This document shows, in pieces, positions 40,600 to 49,017 of a stretch of DNA of 64,000 nt. Origin of the DNA: Terriglobia bacterium (GTDB taxonomy: Bacteria > Acidobacteriota > Terriglobia > 20CM-2-55-15); contig CBDAOY010000009.1 in assembly GCA_965198225.1 (NCBI GenBank), positions 160,001-224,000 of the forward strand. Direction: 5' to 3'. The translations under genes and the position numbers were made by a program. The first letter of the stretch is position 1. Every line of letters begins with the position of its first letter. The notes below the pieces were generated by a model. That model was not told the DNA's origin and made no database searches. It worked only from the letters and a program-made list of their open reading frames with translations.

Positions 40600-41366
40600 G
40601 CGCGCAGCTTCCGGCGAAAGGCGGCGATCGCAGCGGCGACACCAATCGCCAACATGCCGAGCAGGTAGCCGACGTGGATGAGCCAAACCGGTGACTGGAT
40701 CGTGTTCAAGGTCAGGCCACGCACCAGCTCCACGCCGTGGAAGAGCGGGGTGAACCAGGCAAACTGCTGGAGCGCATCCGGTAAGCGCGTGATTGGGAAG
40801 AACACGCCTGAGAACAGGAAGAGCGGTGTGATGACGAAGCGGAACATCCCGTTAAAGCCGGCGCCGCTTCGGTTCACCGCGGCGTAGGCCATGACCGGCG
40901 CGCTGAAGGCCAGGCCGGTGAGCACGGCCGCCGGGATTGCGAGCAGCGCGATGGGCGAGCGGGGCACGCCGATGATGGTAAGGATGATCGTGAATGCAAT
41001 CGCGACAGTCAGGAGGCGCAGGGTCATCCATCCCAGCTCACCGACGACAAGGTCCACGATCCGCATGGGCGTGGCATGGATGGCCTCGTAGTTCCGGTAC
41101 CAGCTCATCTTGCCTGTGATCGGGAAGCTGGAGTCGAAGCTGGCGGTCTGCATGCACGCAGCCGCCAGGAGTCCCGGTCCCAGGAAGTGCAGAAAATCCA
41201 CGCCGCCCAGCATCGAGGTGTCGCCCCTGTTAACGAGCGCTCCGACGCCGAAGCCCATGGCCGTCAGGAACAGTGCCGGCTGGAGGAAGCTGAAGAAGAT
41301 CGAACCGCGCCAGACACGTCGATAGACGATGGCGTTGCGCTGGACCATGCGGAATGCGCCAATCAC
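40596..41366 (-). CDS. ABC-2 type permease (NodJ-like)
   Basis: FLGPGLLAA, PLFLFSGVFFP, PLFHGVEL. Confidence 0.9.
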   Translation of the reverse strand: MIGAFRMVQRNAIVYRRVWRGSIFFSFLQPALFLTAMGFGVGALVNRGDTSMLGGVDFLHFLGPGLLAAACMQTASFDSSFPITGKMSWYRNYEAIHATPMRIVDLVVGELGWMTLRLLTVAIAFTIILTIIGVPRSPIALLAIPAAVLTGLAFSAPVMAYAAVNRSGAGFNGMFRFVITPLFLFSGVFFPITRLPDALQQFAWFTPLFHGVELVRGLTLNTIQSPVWLIHVGYLLGMLAIGVAAAIAAFRRKLRA

Positions 41367-41376
41367 CTCTCAGCCC

Positions 41377-42309
41377 TCAATCGACCAGCGTCCGGCCGGT
41401 CAGTCTCAGGAACACGTCTTCCATCGTGGAGCGGCGCACGAGAGCACTCTGGAGCGGGATGTCTTGGGAATGGACGCGCCCGAGGGCGTGCTCTCCGTCG
41501 GTGGTGTAGACCAGCGTACGGTCCGGCAAGACTTCGATCCGCTCGGCCAGGCCGTCGAGCCGTCCGTCGAGACTGACGGGCGCGTCGTCGGGAAAGCGCA
41601 GCTCCAGTACTTCGTTCGTGGAATAGCGTTCGATCAGTTCTTGCGGCGATCCCTCCGCAACGATCCTGGCTTTGTCCATCACGACCAGCCGGTCGCAAAG
41701 CTGCTCGGCCTCGTCCATGTAGTGCGTGGTCACCAGCAGCGTGGCTCCACTGCGCTTGAGCTGATACAGTCGCTCCCAGATTACGTGCCGAGCCTGCGGG
41801 TCCAGCCCGGTGGTCGGCTCGTCGAGCAGGATCAGTTCCGGATCGTTGATCAGCGCCCGGGCGATCGTCAGCCGACGCTTCATCCCGCCCGACAGCGGCT
41901 CCACCTGCGAATCGGCGCGTTCGGAAAGCTGGACAAACTCGAGCAGATCGTCGGCCTTCGGGCGGGAGATGTGGCCGGGAATGTCGAAGTAGCGCGCGTA
42001 CATCACCAGGTTTTCACGCACCGTGATTTCGGTATCCAGGTTGTCCTGTTGCGGGACAACGCCCAGCCGTGCCTTGATCGGGCTGGCCTGGGTACGCGGA
42101 TCCATCCCCATGACACGCAGATCGCCCTCGGTCACCGGCGAAGCGCAACCGATCATACGCATCGTGGAGGTCTTGCCGGCTCCGTTGGGGCCCAGGAAGC
42201 CGAACGATTCGCCCGCATGAACGTCGAAGTCGATCGCGTCCACCGCCGTGAAACTGGAGAATCGTTTTGTCAGGCCGCGCGCACGGATGATGGGCTCGGA
42301 GATGGGCAT
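41377..42309 (-). CDS. ABC transporter ATP-binding protein (NodI-like)
   Basis: GPNGAGKT, LSGGMKRR, LLDEPTTGLD, TTHYMDEAE. Confidence 0.93.
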   Translation of the reverse strand: MPISEPIIRARGLTKRFSSFTAVDAIDFDVHAGESFGFLGPNGAGKTSTMRMIGCASPVTEGDLRVMGMDPRTQASPIKARLGVVPQQDNLDTEITVRENLVMYARYFDIPGHISRPKADDLLEFVQLSERADSQVEPLSGGMKRRLTIARALINDPELILLDEPTTGLDPQARHVIWERLYQLKRSGATLLVTTHYMDEAEQLCDRLVVMDKARIVAEGSPQELIERYSTNEVLELRFPDDAPVSLDGRLDGLAERIEVLPDRTLVYTTDGEHALGRVHSQDIPLQSALVRRSTMEDVFLRLTGRTLVD

Positions 42310-42405
42310 TCTGCGATTCTAAGAGGGCGTCAAAGGTAATGTCGAGCCGCGAAGAGAAGAGTCTCTACCGGTGTTGGCGTTCCCTGCGGATGTCCAGGGC
42401 AAACT

Positions 42406-42680
42406 CTAGTGGCCTGTAACAATGCTATCGGTACCATCGCCGATGGGTCTTGCGGGCGAGGTCGAGGAGGGAGACGGAAAGCGATGCTCTTTCATCGGTG
42501 ACGGCTTCCGACAAAGAGATCGCCCGCAACCCCCATCGGCCCGAAGGGTTCGGCCCAACGGCGCCGTCTTCGGTGTCGTAACGCCCTCGCAATGAAACAG
42601 CATTGGCTCGGGCGTCACTCCTAGAATCCGACGCCGTTCCGCCGAACGCTGGTACCGATAGCACTGTTACAGGTCACTAG
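42406..42680 (+). mobile_element. Family A copy 3 (275 bp, 2 modules)
   Basis: CTAGTGGCCTGTAAC ... GTTACAGGTCACTAG with extended sub-terminal IR TGCTATCGGTACCA / TGGTACCGATAGCA. Confidence 0.92.
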
Positions 42681-42755
42681 TAGGTTGATTCCGAGTGGAC
42701 GAAGTGGGCAGTAGAAGGCTCGAACCCGCTTCACCGGTTTTGGTAAACCGTCCCG

Positions 42756-43781
42756 TTATGTCTGTCGTTCCTCAGAGACTTGAACAATCAACTTGCCCTT
42801 GTTCGAGCCGTCGAACAACCTGTTCAGGGAAGCGGGCGCGTTTTTGAGTCCGTCGATGACGTCCACTCGATATCGCAGCTTACCGGTCATGAGCCACTGG
42901 GCGAGATCCGCGATGGCCTCTTCTGAACGATCAAGATAGTCGAGGACAATGAATCCCTCGATGCGGGCCCGTTTGATGAGTACATTAGCGAAATTGAAGG
43001 GGCCGGGGACGGGCTCGGTGGCGTTGTATTGTGAAATAAGACCGCAAAGAACTATACGGGCTTTCAGATTGATTCGAGCCAGGACTGCGTCGAGAATGCT
43101 CCCACCGACGTTGTCGAAGTAGATGTCGATACCGTCAGGGCAATGTCGTTCCAGGCCCTCAGACACAGACTCGGTCCGGTAATTGATGGATGCGTCGAAA
43201 CCAAGCTCCTCCGTAGTCCAGCGGCACTTTGACTCGGTTCCTGCAATTCCAATGACGCGGCATCCCTTAATCTTGCCGATCTGCCCAACGAGTGAGCCAA
43301 CCGCACCCGCGCCGGCTGAGACCACCAGAGTTTCACCAGGCTGCGGCTTACCAATGTCCAGCAGGCCGAAATAGGCTGTCAATCCGATATGTCCGAAGAT
43401 CCCGAAATGGGCCGTCAGCGGAATGGAGGGGTTCCTGGGTAACCTGGTGAGCCCGGCGCCAGCCACGATAGCGTAGTCCTGCCATCCCAGGATTCCCTGG
43501 ACGAAATCGCCGGGCCGATACTCATCCATCCGCGACTCCACCACAATCCCGATGGTAATCCCTCTCATCACCTCGCCAATCTGGACCGGAGGAAGATAGG
43601 TGTCGATTTCGTTGGTCCATGCCCGGTTTGTCGGATCTAGTGACAGGTAGACGTTGCGGACCAGAACTTCTCCCTCTTGAACGTCAGGCACGGTGTCTTC
43701 ATGCCATTCGAAGTCTGACTCTTTGAGCAGCCCCACCGGGCGCGCCGCAAGACGCCATTGCCGGTTCGTTCTAACTGTCAT
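42756..43781 (-). CDS. NADP-dependent oxidoreductase (CurA/PTGR family)
   Basis: YLSLDP, GLTAYFGL, SAGAGAVGS, YFDNVGG, CGLISQYN. Confidence 0.92.
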   Translation of the reverse strand: MTVRTNRQWRLAARPVGLLKESDFEWHEDTVPDVQEGEVLVRNVYLSLDPTNRAWTNEIDTYLPPVQIGEVMRGITIGIVVESRMDEYRPGDFVQGILGWQDYAIVAGAGLTRLPRNPSIPLTAHFGIFGHIGLTAYFGLLDIGKPQPGETLVVSAGAGAVGSLVGQIGKIKGCRVIGIAGTESKCRWTTEELGFDASINYRTESVSEGLERHCPDGIDIYFDNVGGSILDAVLARINLKARIVLCGLISQYNATEPVPGPFNFANVLIKRARIEGFIVLDYLDRSEEAIADLAQWLMTGKLRYRVDVIDGLKNAPASLNRLFDGSNKGKLIVQVSEERQT

Positions 43782-43881
43782 TGAAAGCTCTCCCTCCTGG
43801 CGACTACAGCGATCACCGCCATCACTGCGGTGAGCGAGGGGATCAGTGTCGCCTTGACCTCAAGTCAGGCAAACCGACGCC

Positions 43882-44244
43882 CTAGCCTTTTGTCCGATAC
43901 TGTGGATGGGCCTTTATCCTCTCAACGAACCCGGCAGGATCATCAGGTGTAATATTCAGTCTTCGGAGTAAGCCAGACCTTCGATGAAGGGTGACGCCTT
44001 TTTTTCGAATGGTTGGCATATGGATCGTATTGGTCCAGTTTTCTCCTCCTACCGTCACACCAATCTCAGCGCCTTCAAAGTCACTGATTGGAATTTTGCG
44101 AAAGGCGAATGCACCGACTTTGATTCGTAGATATTGCTCATCGATTGCGTAGTTGATGTTCGAGATTAGATAGCCCAGAGCTATCGCTACGAGCAAGATC
44201 GTCGCGATACTGCCGATGACTCCTATCATTTTCAATGCTCTCAA
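43882..44244 (-). CDS. Small membrane-anchored hypothetical protein (cassette-like, lower GC)
   Basis: N-terminal hydrophobic helix, ITPDDP motif; visibly AT-richer than its flanks. Confidence 0.6.
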   Translation of the reverse strand: MRALKMIGVIGSIATILLVAIALGYLISNINYAIDEQYLRIKVGAFAFRKIPISDFEGAEIGVTVGGENWTNTIHMPTIRKKGVTLHRRSGLLRRLNITPDDPAGFVERIKAHPQYRTKG

Positions 44245-44312
44245 CTGGCGCCTAAAGGATGGTTATTCGGCTCCTCGGTGTCGGTCTGCAGGGGTAAGCA
44301 GGCAGCCGGTCT

Positions 44313-44807
44313 TTAACGGTTGCCCTCCCGATCCGCCACTTCGTCTTGATTCAACTCTTCCGACGATCGAAGGACTTCGATTGATCGTTCCCTATCCTGC
44401 GCGGCGACGACAAGTCGAATGCCGCCTGACCCGAGCATCAAATGGGGCGCAATGTTTCCCGTGAAAGCTAGATCGATGCAGGCTTTGATACCGCTGCCAG
44501 CAAGCACCGAAATGAGATCAGTCGCGTTCTCCGAGGTGTCGAGCGCCAACTCGTGCACGCCGTTCTCCCGCGCACGCTGTTCAACCAGATCTATCAGCAA
44601 GGAACCGATTCCGTAGCCCTGGCGAGCCGGTCGCACCGCAAACTGACCGAAACTGGCCACGTCCGCCCGGTCATAAAATGGGCATCCCTTCGTCGAAGCC
44701 ACATTTGAAAGCGTGATGACGCCGCCGACCAGCCCCTCCTCGAAAGCCACAATTGTTTCGCCTTTCGCTGCGCGCCTCCGGGTTATATCTACGTCCTGGT
44801 ACGGCAC
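44313..44807 (-). pseudogene. Chimeric remnant: GNAT acetyltransferase core fused to a DUF2007-like C-terminus
   Basis: FGQFAVRPARQGYGIG, LALDTSE, then an abrupt switch to L.GSGI.A...GGIRLVV...D.E. Confidence 0.6.
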
Positions 44808-44832
44808 CTGCCTCTCTTAGTTCTCGGGCGCT

Positions 44833-45276
44833 TCATCCGTCGTGCTCGGCGAGCACTGTGTCTTCCGGGACATCTGTGTCGCTCTCGAAGTCGATCCTGT
44901 AGCCGTCGGGGTCCGATAGCGACGTCATCCACATTCCATTTCCGACGACGGGTCTCGACGCCTGAACCCCCCTCGATGTGACCTGGCGATAGATCGCCAG
45001 GGCATCTTTGCAGATGAAGCAGATCGATACGCCCTCGCCGACGTTCCCTTCAGGTACCCAGGAATCGTGACCCTCTTTCGGGAACTCCTGCAGCATCATT
45101 GACGCGCCTCCGTGTTGAAGGCAGCACCAGCGAAGCTTGCCCTCCACTACCCATTTCTCAGTCATCTCGAAGCCAAGTCCATCGACGTAATAACGGACGG
45201 ACCGTTCCATGTGCGATACCCGAAGAAACGGCACCGCCTGTTTAACGTTGGCTGAGGTCTTTGTTTCAAGATCCAT
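44833..45276 (-). CDS. VOC/glyoxalase (bleomycin-resistance-like) protein
   Basis: AVPFLRVSHMERSVRYY..GLGF, DPDGYRIDF. Confidence 0.85.
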   Translation of the reverse strand: MDLETKTSANVKQAVPFLRVSHMERSVRYYVDGLGFEMTEKWVVEGKLRWCCLQHGGASMMLQEFPKEGHDSWVPEGNVGEGVSICFICKDALAIYRQVTSRGVQASRPVVGNGMWMTSLSDPDGYRIDFESDTDVPEDTVLAEHDG

Positions 45277-45521
45277 CGTTCGAAATCGTCGCCCACAGCT
45301 GGTCATTTCGAAAGGGGTACCAAACCGGTGTCAGATGAAGCGAACCGTCGACATCCCGAGTTACCAGCACGGTGTAATGTCTTCCCGCGAGGAGCGTTCT
45401 CGCCCAGTCACTCAGTTCCTTCATTCCGTTTATCTCCGAAGGGCCGTCAGCTTCAGGGTTTTGAAAGAGTGTACGTCGTCAGGAGCAGCCATTTGTGATG
45501 AGAAACTCCGGCCACGGACGA

Positions 45522-45947
45522 TCAGTTTGTTGGATTGAAGGAGATGCGATATGCCTCTGACCTTACGAAATTTGCTGCTTTGCGATTTCCGGCTTCGCCC
45601 CAATACCCTATCGCGACGTTGACTACGTAGGCGTTGGGCCATCCCGGCGCGGAAACCAGGAACGGTCCTTCCTCCATATGCCCTTCGCCTGAATATGGAA
45701 CGGCCACGGACGCCGACCAGACCAGGTCGGAATCAGCGTCGGGACGCACGCCAAATGTTACCTGGTACAGCGCACTTCTATCGTCGGAGTTTTCGAAACT
45801 GATCCACTGGGAGTCCGGAATAACGCTGTCGATCATCAAATTCAATTCCGAGAGGTTTTGATAAGGTACAGGCTCATCGAAAAACACTTGGCGAATCCGC
45901 CCGTTTTTGGCGCAACAATCCGCCTCCATCCCGCGTTTCCCAGTCAC
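45522..45947 (-). CDS. Hypothetical protein or gene fragment
   Basis: 141-aa ORF in the cassette-like region; no recognised motif. Confidence 0.3.
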   Translation of the reverse strand: MTGKRGMEADCCAKNGRIRQVFFDEPVPYQNLSELNLMIDSVIPDSQWISFENSDDRSALYQVTFGVRPDADSDLVWSASVAVPYSGEGHMEEGPFLVSAPGWPNAYVVNVAIGYWGEAGNRKAANFVRSEAYRISFNPTN

Positions 45948-46059
45948 AGCAACACCTCACGCCACCGAAAAGGCTGGCAGCCCCGAGTGATCTGCGTCGC
46001 CACGGGTCCGTCATCGTGCTTGCCCTTCGGTGTTGCCGGATCAGCGATCCACGACTTGG

Positions 46060-46307
46060 ACTTTTCACACAGTCTGGGTCGCTTTGTGGAGCTGGAGCAA
46101 AATCGACTCGTAGTGACGACTTGGCTGACAGGGAAGGGGGGAACAGAAGGGGCGGAGACGATCATCCGTATTGAGCTTACCTCAGAGGATGGCGCCACTC
46201 TCCTGCATTTGACACATTCGGGATTTCCAGATGAGGCATCGCAGAAAGGCCACTTGGACAACTGGCCAGAGGCTTTGGAGTGTCTAGACGCTGCTTTATG
46301 TAAGTGA
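46060..46307 (+). pseudogene. C-terminal half of an SRPBCC/AHSA1 domain protein
   Basis: GRFVELEQNRLVVTTW, TLLHLTHSGFPDE...H...W; no matching N-terminus; 5' boundary approximate. Confidence 0.65.
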
Positions 46308-46372
46308 GCACTTTTTCCGCTTAATGCGCGCTTACGTTATCCTGCTGGATCCTGCCGGATAGAGTCACCAGG

Positions 46373-46540
46373 TTAGACTAGGAAATCGAGGCTCCTGACG
46401 GCGTTGGGTCCCCGGTTCAGCGCATGGGTGTAGATCATCGTCGTCCGAACGTCGCGATGGCCGAGCGGTTCCTGGACCGTTCGTATGTCGTCGCAATCTT
46501 CCAGAAGGTGCGTCGCGAACGAGTGACGGAATGTGTGGCA
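46373..46540 (-). pseudogene. intI: Integron integrase C-terminal remnant
   Basis: Manual translation [55 protein letters not shown]. Confidence 0.85.
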
Positions 46541-46742
46541 GCCAATGCTGTTTCATTGCGAGGGCGTTACGACACCGAAGACGGCGCCGTTCCGTCGAAA
46601 CCCTTCGGGCCGATGGGGTTGCGGGCGATCTCTTTGTCGGAAGCCGTCACCGATGAAAGAGCATCGCTTTCCGCCTCCCTCCTCGACCTCGCCCGCAAGA
46701 CCCATCGGCGATGGTACCGATAGCACTGTTACAGGCCACTAG
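46540..46742 (-). mobile_element. Family A copy 4, truncated and fused to the intI remnant
   Basis: Near-identical to the reverse complement of about 42406-42608; ends GTTACAGGCCACTAG. Confidence 0.9.
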
Positions 46743-47070
46743 CTAGTCGAGTTGCTCGACGACGATCCTGGTTTCGTGGGGACCCAACCGAACGTTGATC
46801 TCCCAGCAGCCAGGGCTCGGATAAACGAGATACATCATCACGAACGCGTATCGGTCCATGATCTCCGGGGTGGCCCCGCCCGGCGTGACGGAATATTCTC
46901 TTGCGTCGGAGGCCACGACGCGCTCGATCGGTGAACTTGTCGGGGTGGCTTGAAACCGCATGGCCTCGGGTCGATCCAGGCGGCGTCCTTCAACCACAAG
47001 GTCCGCGGCGACATCTCGTCCAACCACCCATACAGATTTCACCAGCGAGTCCGGACCGGACCATTTACAG
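46743..47070 (-). pseudogene. C-terminal fragment of a hypothetical gene
   Basis: KSVWV..., L.VEGRRLD, YPSPGCWEI; no credible start; upstream boundary approximate. Confidence 0.45.
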
Positions 47071-47169
47071 ATCCCTGAGGCCCGACCACTCGCCGTCCGC
47101 CGAGACATTGATTGATCCACCTCCGTGCCTCTCGTATGATTTGCCGAGCCTTTGGAATCCAGGGGAATC

Positions 47170-48501
47170 ATGAGAGGTTTGACTGAGCTGATGACAGGCC
47201 GGCGAGTGGGCTTGCTGGCGGCACTCGCTGTCCTGGCTGGTGCAGCCGTGATCTCGGCTGGCGCGCAGAATTCGTATCCCGCGGCTGGGGAGTGGAGGCA
47301 GTGGGGCGGCCCGCAGCGAAATTTCATATCGGACGCGACAGGTCTTGCGGACTCGTGGGGGGAGGGTGGACCTCCCATGGTCTGGAGCCGTCCGCTCGGT
47401 CTGGGGCACTCGGCCATCCTCGTCGATGACGGCACGCTCTACACGATGTACCGGCCCGGCGAGGACACCCGGCAACGGGGAGCGTGGGAATCCAGGGAGT
47501 TCGTTATCGCGATGGACGCGGCTACGGGCGAGACCGCCTGGGAGTACGAGTACTCCTCCCGACCGCTGCACTTCCAGTTCGGAGCAGGACCCCATTCGAC
47601 ACCGCTCGTGGCCGGGAATCTGCTTTTTACGGCCGGCACCAACAAGCAAATCCACGCGTTCGAAAAGAAGACAGGACGTCTTGTCTGGTCACACGACCTG
47701 GTGGCTGACTACGATTCTCCGCCGACGCTGATTCGGCCGTCGGTCACGGCGGGTTTTGCCTCCAGCCCCCTTGCTTACAACGACACGATCATCATCCAGT
47801 CCGGTGGGCGCGGTCAGGCCGTCATGGCTTTCGGGCAGATAGACGGCACGCTCGTCTGGAAGAACGGGGATTTTCTGACCGCGCAGGCCGCGCCCCTCCT
47901 GATCGACGTCGACGGCCAGACCCAGTTGGTCATCCTCGGAGGGCAGTCGGTCAACGGTCTGGACCCGGAGTCGGGCAGAATCCTCTGGTCCCATCCTCAC
48001 AATACCCAGGGGGATATGAACAACAGCATGCCGGTGTGGGGATCCGATAACATCCTGTTCATCTCCTCTGGATACAATCAGGGCAGTCGTGGGTTGAAGC
48101 TGAGCCGTGAGGGTCGGAACACGCGTGTCGAGGAACTCTGGTTCACCGATCGTCTCCGGCTGATGTTTGCGAACGCGATCCGGCTCGGGGACTACGTCTA
48201 CGGCACTGACGGAAACTTCGGCCCTGCGTTCCTGACCGGGCTGGACGTCCGCACCGGCAAGATCCTGTGGCAACAGCGCGGCTTCGGCCGTTCCAGCCTG
48301 GTGTATGCGGACGGCAAGGCGATCATCATGGACGAGGACGGCGACCTCGTACTGGCGAGGCTGTCGCCGGATGGCGGGGAAGTGCTGGCCCGCACCCAGC
48401 TCTTTGACACCACTTCATGGACCGTTCCGACGCTGGTCGGTACGACGCTCTACGCCCGCGATCGAGAGAAGGTCGTCGCGCTCGATGTCGGCGCTCCGTA
48501 G
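47170..48501 (+). CDS. PQQ-like (BamB-type) beta-propeller protein
   Basis: WRQWGGPQRN, repeated DAATG..W / TG...W motifs, SWTVP. Confidence 0.85.
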   Translation: MRGLTELMTGRRVGLLAALAVLAGAAVISAGAQNSYPAAGEWRQWGGPQRNFISDATGLADSWGEGGPPMVWSRPLGLGHSAILVDDGTLYTMYRPGEDTRQRGAWESREFVIAMDAATGETAWEYEYSSRPLHFQFGAGPHSTPLVAGNLLFTAGTNKQIHAFEKKTGRLVWSHDLVADYDSPPTLIRPSVTAGFASSPLAYNDTIIIQSGGRGQAVMAFGQIDGTLVWKNGDFLTAQAAPLLIDVDGQTQLVILGGQSVNGLDPESGRILWSHPHNTQGDMNNSMPVWGSDNILFISSGYNQGSRGLKLSREGRNTRVEELWFTDRLRLMFANAIRLGDYVYGTDGNFGPAFLTGLDVRTGKILWQQRGFGRSSLVYADGKAIIMDEDGDLVLARLSPDGGEVLARTQLFDTTSWTVPTLVGTTLYARDREKVVALDVGAP

Positions 48502-48525
48502 CGGTACGGGTCAACTCAGTATCGG

Positions 48526-48603
48526 GTGTAGGTGCGCTCTATGAGCGCACATTGTTTCGGCTCGACGAATGTGCGGTCACAGAGTCACAGACCGCACCTA
48601 CAC
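48526..48603. repeat. GTAG-REP doublet with an internal 8-bp duplication
   Basis: Same REP pair; GTCACAGA twice at 48576-48591. Confidence 0.88.
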
Positions 48604-48642
48604 CTCCTCAGGAGATATGCCCCTACCGAAAGGAAGATCCAT

Positions 48643-48956
48643 CATGAGTGAGCGGTCGCTTGCGAGCTTTCGACTAGCCGGCTTGACGTTCGCACTTGCA
48701 TTGGCTGCCGGCCAAGTCGCGGCCGCTCCGGGGCCGCTCGCTCTACGTCCTGAGGCTCACGCCCGACGGCCGAGGTGTGAGCTCGGTCGAGCGACTCTTC
48801 GAGGACCGGTACGGTCGACTGCGGGACGTGCTTGTCGGGCCCGATGGCGCCGTTTACATCGCCACGAGCAACCTCGATGGCCGGGCCGGGGGAGTGGGTC
48901 CGTTCGAAGGCGACGACAAGGTGCTCCGCATCACGCCGGTGACGAGGAGGGACTGA
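48643..48956 (+). pseudogene. Internally deleted PQQ-dependent sugar dehydrogenase (GSDH/YliI-like)
   Basis: Signal peptide MSERSLASF... joined out of frame to YGRLRDVLVGPDGAVYIATSN.DGR...DDKVLRI. Confidence 0.7.
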
Positions 48957-48990
48957 CAGAAAACCGGCGGCTCCACGACCGCCGGTTCTG
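48957..48990. terminator. Hairpin between convergent genes
   Basis: AACCGGCGG-ctccacga-CCGCCGGTT stem. Confidence 0.45.
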
Positions 48991-49017
48991 AGGGCATAGT
49001 TGGCAACGGCTAGTGAC

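Noticed and set aside
42406-42618. Repeated ~70-aa ORFs ending in VTGH (also 46533-46742, 52028-52240)
   Set aside because: They lie wholly within repeat copies, are not conserved in frame in the diverged copies, and the ending is dictated by the TIR.
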